Position numbers and translations under genes: made by a program. Under the pieces are notes generated by a model, which saw only the letters and a program-made list of their open reading frames with translations, was not told the DNA's origin and did not search any database. This document shows positions 14,270 to 24,936 of a stretch of DNA of 64,000 nucleotides, piece by piece. The stretch spans positions 150,848,001-150,912,000 of the forward strand of contig NC_058368.1 of assembly GCF_018350175.1 (NCBI RefSeq). The letters run 5' to 3'. The stretch's first letter is position 1. Every line of letters begins with the position of its first letter. The stretch is from Felis catus (taxonomy: Eukaryota).

Positions 14270-14712
14270 CTTCCACTTATAGCAGATGACTGTGTTACTT
14301 CCGCCCTCAGTCTTGACCATTTCTGCGTATGTTGGCCTGACTGACAACTGCCAGCATCTCTTTACCTAAGGGCCTTCCTGGCCAGTAAGACCTATTCTTC
14401 CTTTGCTTGTAGCAGATTGGAAATGCCTAAGAGTTCATGGCACCCCTGAATACCCTCATCTGGGGCTATAAAAACACCTGAGTCCCCTCTGAGGCATGGG
14501 TTTTGTTTTGTGTTCGAGGCATAGGTTCTATATGTTTCCCAGAGTTCTCTAACGGATTAAGCCCCAGTTGCCCACACACTTTCTTGAACGCCTTCTTTTT
14601 CCCTGCCCCACCTTCCCACTTCTCTAAGGTATTTTCTTGGACTTGCCAAATAAACTATTTAAACATGAATCTCTGTTTCAGGGTCATTCTCAGGGGACCC
14701 AAACTATGCAGG
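14270..14712 (+). mobile_element. ERVL solo LTR (LTR16-like)
   Basis: ccagagttctctaacggattaagccccagttgcccaca...ccaaataaactattt...cagggtcattctcaggggacccaaacta resembles LTR16 3' ends. Confidence 0.65.
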
Positions 14713-14734
14713 GCCAGCTTATAAGAGCTGGTTT

Positions 14735-15395
14735 ATGGGTTATGGGTTGGTTTATATCCCAGTTCTGCCTCCAAAATATGTTTAAGTGTTAATTCCTAGT
14801 ATCTTAGAATGTGACTTGATTTGGAAATAGTAATGCTGCAGATGTAATTAGTTAAGATGAGGTTATCAGAATGGACTCCAATCCAAGATGACTGTGAGCT
14901 GTAAGAAGAGACGTGGAGGGAGAGACACACACAGAGAAGGCCATGGTCAGAGTGTTGCACCTGCAAGTCATGGAGCACCAAGGGTGGAGCACCACCAGAA
15001 ACTAGAACGAGGCAGGGAAGGGTTCTACCTAGAGCTTCAGAGACAGCATAGCCCTCCTGACACCTTGGTTTCTGGCTTCTTTTTTTTTATTTTAATTTTT
15101 TTAATGTTTATTTATTTTTGAGAGAGAGAGTCAGAGAGACAGAGCTTGAGCAGGGGAGGGGCAGAGAGAGGGAGGCACAGATCTGAAGCAGGCTCCGGGC
15201 TCTGAGTTGTCAGCACAGAGCCGGACGCAGAATCGCGAGGTCATGATCATGACCTGAGCCGAAGTCGGATGCTTAACCAGGCCACCCAGGCAGCCCTTGG
15301 TTTCTGGCTTCCAGCCTCCAGAGGTATAAGAGAATAATTTTCTGTTGTTCAAGCCACCCTGTTTGTGGTGCTTTGTTACAGCAGGAAACTAAAAT
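14735..15395 (+). mobile_element. MaLR solo LTR (MLT1B/C-like), split by a SINE
   Basis: agaatgtgacttgatttggaaatag...gatgtaattagttaagatgagg...cagcctccagagg...ttctgttgttcaagccaccctgtttgtggtgctttgttacagcag. Confidence 0.85.
15080..15296 (-). mobile_element. Can-SINE inserted in the MLT1 LTR
   Basis: TSD ttggtttctggcttc at 15065-15079 and 15297-15311. Confidence 0.95.
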
Positions 15396-15631
15396 AAGCT
15401 ATAATACTTATTCCAGGTGTTTCCCAAAGACCATCTCAACTGCTTGTTTGTTTTCTCAATTAGGGGTGCCTTCTTTTTATCTCCCTGGTACTCCAAATCC
15501 CTGGCTTTATATTTTGGCTTCAATGCCTACCTCTGTTTCTCCCTTAGTTTAGGGACATATTCATTACTATTCTTGATTCACAGACCTCGATCTCCTATTT
15601 AATTTTTAGCCTTGCAGGATACTTTGAATTA

Positions 15632-15810
15632 GATTTACCAAACTTTCATATCTATCCGAATCTCCCAGCAGGCTGTTTAAAACACAGATCATTGGACCCC
15701 CCCACCGCCGACGTGCTGATTCCGTAGGTCTACTTAGTGTTTAGAATTTGCTTTTCTAGCAAATTCAAGTTCCCGGATGCTGCAGGTCTGGAGCTACGCT
15801 GAGAACCTGA
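15632..15810. mobile_element. MER5A-like hAT-Charlie DNA transposon
   Basis: tttaaaacacagatcattggacccc...ctgattccgtaggtct...agaatttgcttttctagcaa...gatgctgcaggtctgg...tgagaacc. Confidence 0.75.
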
Positions 15811-15989
15811 TTTTAGGGAGTTGTCAGAACTTCCCATTCTAAACCACCATTGCTGGCTCTCCCTCCCACTCCTCCAGACAGTGATAGGCTGTACCCACCC
15901 CCATTTTCCAACATCTGCAGAGGTTAAGTCTCATCCAAAAATATGAAGATCTCAAAGTTTTGTAGTGCCAGAGGTCATCAGGAGCTCCT

Positions 15990-17005
15990 CAGTATGACTC
16001 ACTGCCTTGCTATATATCTTAAACATTGCAGCCAGACTCAAATTTCTAAAGCACAAATATGATTGGATAAATCCTCTGCTTATTTTTTCCAGGTTGAAAT
16101 TTAAACTCCTTAGCATGATATAAAAGATCTATGGAAGTCTAATACTTGCCTAACCCTCCAGCCTCATCCTCCTTCTCTGTCCTATGGTGGGGGTAGTGTA
16201 GACACCGGGGAAACATTTATTGGGCACATAGTATAATCTAGCTTATACTAGCTGCATTATATGTGTTATCGCATACAGTCATAGCACAAACCTACAAGGA
16301 AGAAATTACTTCCATTTTACAGATGAGAGGAAATTGTCAGCCAAATAACTGACTGAACACAGTCACTCTGCCTCTGACCATCCAAGACTTGTTTCAAATT
16401 CAAGTCTAAGTGATTCCTAAACCCTTTCTATTCTGTGGCCTCCTCCCTTGGGGTGACCAAACATCCTAGTTTACCTGGGACAGTGCCTGTTTGTTCCTGT
16501 TGTCCCAGAGCAATTATGAAAAGCACCCCCATTTCACTCTCAGAAGTATCATCCTGGTTTTGTGGGTGAATTACATGGTTCTTCTGGCCATACTCTAAAT
16601 CCACCATGTTATCAGCTGTTTCTGGAATGCACTATACTCATGATTCCATTTCCTGCTGTGTGCTATTCCTTCTGCCTAAAGTGTCCTTCCCCCCCCCCCT
16701 TGTCTCCTAGAAAAATGATGTCCAGTGCTCAGGACTCTGCTCTTCTTCATTGTCTCTGGGATGTCTCTCCACTCCTCTAGCCGCAGGCAAGGCGTTTGAT
16801 ACACTCCTCTGTGCTGCTCACACCCCATGTTTATTGTTATTTTATTCTAGTTTTTTGAGTACTTGCCGGTCTTCTCTATCAGTCTATAAATTTCTTAATG
16901 TTTGGGCTTTACCTTAATTATATCTGTATATCCACAGTGCCTAAAATCTCCCATGGCTCAGCAGGTATTTATTAAATATTTGTTGAATGGCTGGATAAGT
17001 GAAAT
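15990..17005. mobile_element. L2 and MIR remnants
   Basis: L2-like aaactccttagcatg...ccctccagcctcatc and terminal aaatatttgttgaatg; MIR-like ccattttacagatgag at ~16310. Confidence 0.55.
16451..16582. mobile_element. MER94-like hAT DNA transposon
   Basis: gggtgacca...cctagtttacctgggacagtgcctgttt...cctgttgtccc...agcacccccatttcactctcagaagt...aattacatggt. Confidence 0.65.
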
Positions 17006-17752
17006 AACATTTGAAAACTCCAGCCATCTGCAGAAATTATTATAAAAAGCAGAAATAGCTCCTCTTTCAAAAGGAGCAGGTTTACACTCTGATTTACTTT
17101 ATCTGGAGGCTGCTTAATTTCTGAGCAATTGTTTAGAGAGCCTCTGATCTGGCATCAGCATTCCTACCCAGGCTGTCTTATTTCTATCATGTGCCTCAAA
17201 CTCCACTTCAGTATTTTCCTGTCCTCTCTCACCCTGGTTAGGAATCAGTCTGTCTAGGTTAGAACTTTTGCTCCACTATTTCCTAGCCAGACTAGGAGAA
17301 AACCTCTTCAGTTTCTTTCCCAAGAGGAAAGGTACCTTGGTGTGAGCGGGTGCCACCTAAGAGGAAGAAGGTCATTTAGAATTCCTGAGAAGATGTACCA
17401 GATTTGTGTCCAATATACTGATTCTCTAGGCTCCAATGTAAAGCCTGGACTGGTGCTCTCTGCAGCAAAACTCATGATCAGTAGGTTATTCTCTAGTATT
17501 CTTTAGTCTTCTACTCTAGCTGAATGAATTATGTGCTTGTTAAGAAACAGTTGTGTTGATTCCTAATATTTTCTACCATTAATACTTGTTATTAAAGTTA
17601 AGCAATTTCATTAAATACCACATATACTGATGAACAAGAGTGTGAAAATGACAGATATTCATATGAAAACTAAGGAGAGTGTTTTAGAAAGACTTGATAA
17701 AGGTAAGTCTCTGTAAAAAGTGCCGTCAAAGTAGGCTTATATTTTTAAGTGG

Positions 17753-17990
17753 TTTTTTTTTTTAATTGAAGTATAGTTGACATACAATGTTATATTAGTT
17801 TCAGGTGTAAAACACAGTGATTTGACAATTCTATACATTACATAATTCTCACAATGATAGGTGTAGTTACCATCTGTCACCACACAATGTTATTACAATA
17901 TTATTACCTATGTTTTCTATGCTGTATTTTCATCCTCATGACTTATTTATTTTATAACTGGAAGTTTGTACCTCATAATCCCCTTTACCT
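17753..17990 (-). mobile_element. L1 3'-end fragment
   Basis: Poly-T followed by aattgaagtatagttgacatacaatgttatattagtttcaggtgt, a typical laurasiatherian L1 3' terminus. Confidence 0.8.
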
Positions 17991-18329
17991 AAACCCTAAA
18001 GGAGAGAGACAAGTGCAAAATGTTTGCAAGGGGTCAATGTAAAAAGCCAGGAGAGTATTCACTCAGAATGCATCTCCCGGGTCCTTACCTCTTTGTTCCA
18101 GGGAAAATCACATACAAAGCATGATCTACGTGGTAATGAGCGAAAGACAGCATGGAACTCAGGTTGACAAATTCATATTCAAAGGAAAGCTGTTGGTTAA
18201 CAACAACAAAAATATTTATTATTTTATACACACCTACTTATTATAAACTAAAACTAATTAGAATTACATATGCAGTATGTTTAAGATTCTTTGTTTTAAC
18301 CACCTTTTTTGATTTACCAACTATAATCA

Positions 18330-18700
18330 GAGGGTCTTGATTATGCTGTAGTAACAAACAAGTCTCAGGTCTCCGTGAAAAATGGAACAAACTTTATTTC
18401 TTGCTCACCCTAAGTCTGCAGGTCCTGGAAACCTGTCTTCCATGGATGACTGTCTGAAGCATTTACTCTATGAAACATGCACCCTCCTAGGTCAACACAC
18501 AAAAAAGGAAGAGAAAACATAAAGAGTAATGAACAGGCTCTTTAATGCCACCTACAAGTGGTACACTTCTCTTCTGCACATTAGCCAAAGCAAGACACAT
18601 GACTGCACCTAACTTCAAGGAGGTAGAAAAACATAATGATTTCATGTGCCAGAAGGGGACGAGAGTTGGAAAGACTGTGGAGTAGCAGTGATGTCCACCA
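18330..18700 (-). mobile_element. Old MaLR LTR (MLT1-like)
   Basis: ttatgctgtagtaacaaac...tttatttcttgctcac...cacattagccaaagcaagacacatgactgcacctaacttcaagg. Confidence 0.6.
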
Positions 18701-19530
18701 CGCCTACCTGCTATTGTACCTAGCATATAAAATAGGAGTGCTTCTGCTTGATTAAGTGAAGGATTTTGAGACAAAGAGATCAGTTTTTCTTTAAATAATT
18801 AAAATAAATATTTAAAATTGATAGCTTAGTGATTATATTTTCAAGGCTATACTTTATTTCTGAGAACTCATAACCAATTAAAGTAATTCTAGAGAAGACT
18901 TTTAAATAATACTTAAGTCATGAGCCCCCAAAGTTTCATTCAGTCCACATAATTTATTCTTTCATCAAAATGTAAAATATATTCCCCTAATCATGCATTC
19001 GAGTTTTTTATCTAAAAAGTAAAGAATATTAATACATTAGAAACCTCATACCAAAAAAATCCATATATTATCAGTTGACTGCAAATATGGTGTAATCTTT
19101 AAAAGACCTAAGACACAGAAAATTCAATTTAAAAATATTTTGAATTTCAAAATGATTACAAAATCACCCAATAATAATCCTTAACATTTTTTCTTTTCTT
19201 CTTCTTCCTGGGCTTCTCCCTCTCCTCCTTTTTTTAAATTCCATTTTTATTTCATATTTATAGCTATATTTTCAATGTCAACTTTTGGGGCAGATGCATT
19301 TAGTAGATACTGTATTTTGTTTTTTCATTTTAAAATACAACATACAAATGAAATACATCTACTTTTTTAAAGTTTTCATTTTAATTCAAGTATACTTAAT
19401 ATACAGTGTTATATTAGTTTCAGGTGTACATTATAGTAATTCAACAATTCTATACATTACTCAGGGCTCATCATGATAAGTATATTCTTCCCCCCCCCCC
19501 AAATCAATACAGCTTTCATTGCATCTTTTA

Positions 19531-19742
19531 TTTTTTATTTTTTTTAATGTTTATTTTTGAGACAGAGAGAGACAGAGCATGAACGGGGGAGGGTCAGAGA
19601 GAGGGAGACACAGAATCTGAAACAGGCTCCAGGCTCTGAGCTGTCAGCACAGAGCCCGACGCAGGGCTCCAACTCACTGACCGTGAGATCATGACCTGAG
19701 CCGAAGTTGGCCGCTTAACCGACTGAGCCACCCAGGCGCCCC
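19531..19742 (-). mobile_element. Can-SINE in the RPL9 retrocopy 3' UTR
   Basis: TSD tcattgcatctttta at 19516-19530 and 19743-19757. Confidence 0.95.
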
Positions 19743-19773
19743 TCATTGCATCTTTTAAATATCACTAAGTCTT

Positions 19774-19978
19774 GGGGCAGCTGGGTGGCTCAGTTAAGCG
19801 TCCCTCAGTTTTGGCTCAAGTCATGATCTCACGGTTTTGTGAGCTCGAATCCCGCATGTGGCCCTGCACTGGCAGCATGGAGCCTGCTTGGGATCCTCTC
19901 TTACCCTCTCTCTCTGCTCCTCCCCCACTTGCACAGTCTCTGTCTCTCTCAAAATAAATAAGTAAACTTAAAAAAAAA
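19774..19978 (+). mobile_element. Can-SINE in the RPL9 retrocopy 3' UTR
   Basis: ggggcagctgggtggctcagttaagcg head; partial TSD tatcac(t)aag. Confidence 0.92.
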
Positions 19979-19989
19979 TGTATCACAAG

Positions 19990-20367
19990 GCAATCAAAAA
20001 GAATGATATCTTGCTATTTGCAACTATGTGGATGGAACTGGAGGGTATTATGCTAAGTGAAATTAGTCAGAGAAAGACACAAATCATATGACTTCACTCA
20101 TATGAAGACTTTAAGAGACAAAACAGATGAACATAAGGGAAGGGAAACAAAAATAATATAAAACAGGGAGGGGGACAAAACAGAAGAGACTCATAAATAC
20201 GGAGAACAAACTGAGGGTTGCTGGAGGGGTTGTGGGAGGCGGAATGGGCTAAATGGTTAAGGGGCATTAAGGAATCTACTCCGGAAATCATTGTTTCACT
20301 ATATGCTAATTAATTTGGATGTAAATTTTTAAAAAATTAAAAATAAAATTAAAAAAAGAAAAAAAAA
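19990..20367 (+). mobile_element. 5'-truncated young feline-type L1 3' end with A-rich tail, inserted in the RPL9 retrocopy
   Basis: ORF2 C-terminal sequence (tttgcaactatgtggatggaactggagggtattatgctaagtgaaattagtcag), then L1 3' UTR and an A-rich tail ending at 20367. Confidence 0.9.
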
Positions 20368-21217
20368 CATAGATGTCATCCCCAAATTTTCTGATATCCT
20401 TGTTTTTAACTGTTGTGACTTTGTGAATCGAAGCAGCTGAGTTTGATACAAATTCAATGTCATTTCCTTCAAGAATTAACTCTTCTTTTTGGGCTTGAGA
20501 TACTGAACGAGCAATACCTGGTTTCATCTGAACCCTGTGGATGTATTTTTCACCCAAGAAATTTCAAATTTCAATAAGAGAACCATTCTCCTGAATAACA
20601 GCATTGATGGGGGAAGTGACATACACAGACCTCATCTTGTAATGGAAACCTAGTGTAACACCCTTCATCATGTTCTGTGCATGACTATAGATAGTGCAAA
20701 CAACAATAGCCAATTCTTTTCTATTTCCCCACCATTTGTCAACTTGGAGCCTTCTCTTTTTCTTTCCAAGAACACCGAGCTCTACAATGATGTGACTGAA
20801 GTCCCTTCACAGGTTTCCTCTAGGACCCTTTACAAAACAGTGGGTCCCTTAAGAGTGATGTCAGCATTTTCTGGAATGTCAATCGTTTGATTGATGAGAA
20901 TGGTCTTCATTCTCTCAGATGCTGCCAAAACAGTAAGTATATTCTTAATCTCCTTCACCTATTTCACCCATCCTTCCACCCGCCTCGTTCTTGTAACCAT
21001 CAGTTTGTTCTCTGCAGTTGAGTTTGTTTCTTGATTTATCTCTATCTCTTTTTCCCTTTGATCTTTTGTTTGGCTTCTTATATTCCATGTATTGAGTGAA
21101 ATCATATTTGTCTTTCCCTGACATTTCACTGGGCATTATACTCGCTAGCTCCATCCATGTGGTTGCAGATAGCAAGATTTCATTTTTTTATGGCTGGATA
21201 ATATTCCATTGTGTGCG

Positions 21218-21268
21218 TATCTATATATCTATCTATATCTATATCTATGTCTATATCTATATCTATAT
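21218..21268 (+). repeat. (TCTATA)n within L1
   Basis: Read directly. Confidence 0.9.
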
Positions 21269-22230
21269 CTTCTTTATCCATTAATCTGTCGATGGCCATT
21301 GGGTTGCTTCCATAATTTGGCTATTTTAAATAATGCTGCAATGAACATAAGGGTGCATGTATCCTTTAGAATCAGTGCTTTTGTATTCTTTGGGTAAATA
21401 CCCAGAGTGGGATTATTGGACTGTAGAGTAGTTCTATTTTTAATTTTTTGAGGAACTGCCATACTGTTTTTCCACAGTGGCTGCACCAGTTTGCATTCCA
21501 ACTAACAGTGCATGAGGGTTCCTTTTTCTCCACATCCTTGCCAGTACTTGTTACTTGTGTTTTTTTATTTTATCTATTCTGACAGGTGTGAGGTGATATC
21601 TCATTGTGGTTTTGATGTGCATTTTCCTGATGATGAGTGCTGTTGAGTATCTTTTCATGTGTCTGTTGGCCATCTGGATGTTTTCTTTGAAGAAGTATCT
21701 GTTCATGTCTTCTGCTGATTTTTTAATTGGATTATTTTTTGGGTGTTGAGTTTTGTAAGTTCTTTATAAATTTTTGATATTAACCCTTTATCAGATATAT
21801 CATTTGCAAATATCTTCTCCCATTCAGTAGGTTGTCTTTTAGTTTTGTTGTCTTTTGTTGACTGTTTCCTTTGCTGCACAGAAGCTTTTTATTTTGATGT
21901 AGTCCCAATAATTTACTTTTGCTTTCATTTCCCTTGCTTCAGGAGACATATCTAGAAAAATGTTGCTATGGCTGATATCCGAGAAGTTACTGCCTATGCT
22001 CTCTTCTAGGATTTTTATGGTTTCACATCTTACATTTAGGTCTTTAATCCATTTTGACCATTATTTGTGTATGGTGAAATAAAGTGGTCCAGTTTCATTC
22101 TTCTGCATGTAGCTGTCTAGTTTTCTCAACACCATTTGTTGAAGAGACTGCTTTTTTCTCATTGCATATTCTTGCCTCTTTTGTTGAAGATTAATTTATC
22201 TTATAATTGTGGTTTGTTTCCAGTTTTTCT

Positions 22231-22456
22231 TTTTCTTTTTTTTTATTTTTTTTTTAATGTTTATTTATTTTTGAGACAGAGAGAGACAGAGCATGAATGG
22301 GGGAGGGTCAGAGAGAGGGAGACACAGAATCTGAAACAGGTTCCAGGCTGTGAGCTTTCAGCACAGAGCCCAACTCGGGGCTCAAACTCACGGACTGCAA
22401 GATCATGACCTGAGCCAAAGTCGGCCGCTTAACCAGCTAGGCCACCCAGGCACCCC
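22231..22456 (-). mobile_element. Can-SINE in L1 ORF2
   Basis: Full body; near-perfect TSD tgtttc..gttttt. Confidence 0.93.
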
Positions 22457-22589
22457 TGTTTCTGGTTTTTCTATCCTGTTTTATTGATCCATGTGTCTAT
22501 TTTTGTGCCAGTACCATAATGTTTTGATTACTACAGCCTTGTAGTATAACTTGAAATCTCGAATTGTGATGCCTCCAACTTTATTTTTC

Positions 22590-22811
22590 TTTAAAAAAAA
22601 ATTTTTTTAATGTTTTATTTATTTTGAGACAGAGAGAGACAGAGCGTGAGCAGGGGAGAGGCAGAGAGAGAGCGAGACACACAATCCGAAGCAGACTCCA
22701 GGCTCTGAGCTGTCAGCACAGAGCCCGATGTGGGGCTCAAACCCACAAACCACAAGATCATGACCTGAGCAGAAGTTGGACGCTTAACTGACTGAGCCAC
22801 CCAGGCGCCCC
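22590..22811 (-). mobile_element. Can-SINE in L1 ORF2
   Basis: TSD aactttatttttc on both sides. Confidence 0.95.
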
Positions 22812-23700
22812 AACTTTATTTTTCGTTATCAAGATTGTTTTGACTCTTCAGGGTTTTTGTCATTCCATACAAATTTTAGGATTTTTTTTTTTTTTTTTTA
22901 GTTCTAGGAAAAATGCTGCTGGTATTTTGATAGGAATTGCATTAAATCTGTAGGTTGCTTTGAGTAATACTACCATTTTAACAATATTTGTTAAATATTT
23001 TAACAATATTTGTTCTTCCAATCCATGGGCATGGAATATCTTTCTATGTGTTTGTGTCATCTTCAATTTCTTTCATCAAGGTGTTTTATTATTTTCTGTG
23101 CAATTGTAAATGGGATTGCTTTCTTAATTTCGTTTTTTTTGCATCATTATTAGTGAATAGAAATGCAACAGATTTCTGTACACTAATTTTGTATCCTGGA
23201 CTTTATTAAATTCATTTATCAGTTCTAGTAGTTTTTGGTGAAATCTTTAGGGTTCTCAATATATCATATGTCATCTGAAAGTAGTGAAAGTTTTACTTCT
23301 TCCTTACTAACTTGGATGCCTTTTATTCCTTTTTTCATTCTGATTGCTGTGGCTAGGACTGCCAGTACTATGTTGAATAAAAGTGGTGAGAGAGGACACT
23401 CTTGTCTTGTTCCTGATCTTAGGGGGAAAGCTCTGTTTTTCACCATTGAGTATGATATTAGCTGTGGCTTTTTCATATACGGCCTTTATTATGTTGAAGT
23501 ATGTTCCCTTTAAACCCACTTTGTTGAGGGTTTTTATCATGAATGGATGTTGTATTTTGTCAAATAATTTTTCTACATCTATAGAAATGATCACATGCCT
23601 TTCTCTTATTGATGTGATGTATTACATTCATTGATTTCCAAATATTGAGACATACTTGCATCCCAAGAATAAATCCCACTTGACCATGGTAAATGATTTT

Positions 23701-23894
23701 TTAAATTTTATTTGAGAGAGAGAGAGCAAACATGAGCAGGAGAGAGGGGAAGAGGGAGGAAGGGAGAGAATCTTAAGCAGGCTCCACACTCAGCATGAAG
23801 CCCAAAGGAGGTCTGATCCCATAACCCTGGGACCATGACCTGAAATGAAATCATGAGTCAGATGCTTAACTGACTGAGTCATCCAGGTATTCCT
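23701..23894 (-). mobile_element. Can-SINE (older) in L1 ORF2
   Basis: gagagaatcttaagcaggctccacactcagc...catgacctga...gagtcagatgcttaactgactgag. Confidence 0.88.
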
Positions 23895-24719
23895 AATCGT
23901 GGCGAATAATTTTTTTAAATGTATTGTTGGGTTTGGTTTGCTAGTATTTTGTTGAGGATTTTTGTATCTATGTTCATCAGAGATATTGTTCTGTAGTTCT
24001 CTTTTTTTCTTTATCTGGTTTTGATATCAGGGTAATGCAGGCCTTATAGAATGAATTTCCAAATTTTTCTTCCTTTTCTATTTTTTGGAATAGTTTGAGA
24101 ATAGGTACTAACTTATCTTTAAATTTTTGGTAGAATTCACCCGTGAAGCATCTGAGCCTGGACTTTGGTTTGTTGGGAGTTTGGGGATTATTAATCCAAT
24201 TTCATTGGTGGTCATTGGTCTGTTCAAATTTTTCTATTTCTTCCTGATTCAAATTTGGGAGGTTGTATGTTTTTAGGAATTTATCCATTTCTTCTAGATT
24301 GTCCAATTTTCTGGCATATAATTTTCAAAATATTCTCTTATAATCCTTTGTGTTTCTGTAGTGTCAGTTGTTATTTCTCTTTCTGGTTTTGTTTGAGTCC
24401 TCTCTCTCTCTTTTTTTTTTTTTTTTTTTTTTTTGAGTCTGTCTAAAGGTTTATCAATTTTGTTGATCTTTTCAAATAACCAACTCCTCGTTTCATTAAT
24501 CTGTTCTATTGGTTTTTTAGGGGTGTTAAATTCTCCTATTATTTATTACTATTGATTACTTCCTTTATGTTTGTTATTTATTAACTGCTTTAAGTATTTG
24601 GATGCTCCCATCATGGCTGCATAAATATTTACAATTGTTATTGTTGGATTGTTCCCTTTATGACTATATAGTGTCCTTCTTTGTCTCTTGCTACAGTCTT
24701 TGTTTTAAAGTCTATTTTG

Positions 24720-24936
24720 GGGGCGCCTGGGTGGCTCAGTGGTTAAGCGTCCGACTTCGGCTCAGGTCATGATCTCGCGGCCCATGAGTTCGAGCCCGCG
24801 TCAGGGTCTGTGCTGACAGCTCAGAGCCTGGAGCCTGTTTCAGATTCTGTGTCTTCCTCTCTCTCTGGCCCTCCCCCATTCATGCTCTGTCTCTCTGTCT
24901 CAAAAATAAATAAACGTTAAAAAATTTGTAAAAAAA
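24720..24936 (+). mobile_element. Can-SINE in L1 ORF2
   Basis: TSD aaagtctattttg at 24707-24719 and 24937-24949. Confidence 0.95.

Larger units (their letters stand above)
19490..20933 (-). pseudogene. RPL9: Processed pseudogene (retrocopy) of 60S ribosomal protein L9, interrupted by two SINEs and an L1 fragment; coding remnant ~20365-20910
   Basis: Minus strand from ATG at 20910 reads [25 protein letters not shown], later [11 protein letters not shown] and [63 protein letters not shown], matching RPL9. It is intronless, with a frameshift near codon 26 and in-frame TGA stops. RPL9-like 3' UTR pieces lie at ~19499-19530 and ~19743-19770. TSD taagtatattctt at 19477-19489 and 20934-20946. Confidence 0.96.

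Noticed and set aside
17570..18200. Possible Tigger transposase remnant around the L1 fragment
   Set aside because: The resemblance is too weak to support without an HMM search.
20306..20557. 83-aa RPL9-like ORF as a functional gene
   Set aside because: It is a fragment of a frameshifted, stop-containing retrocopy that runs into an L1 tail.
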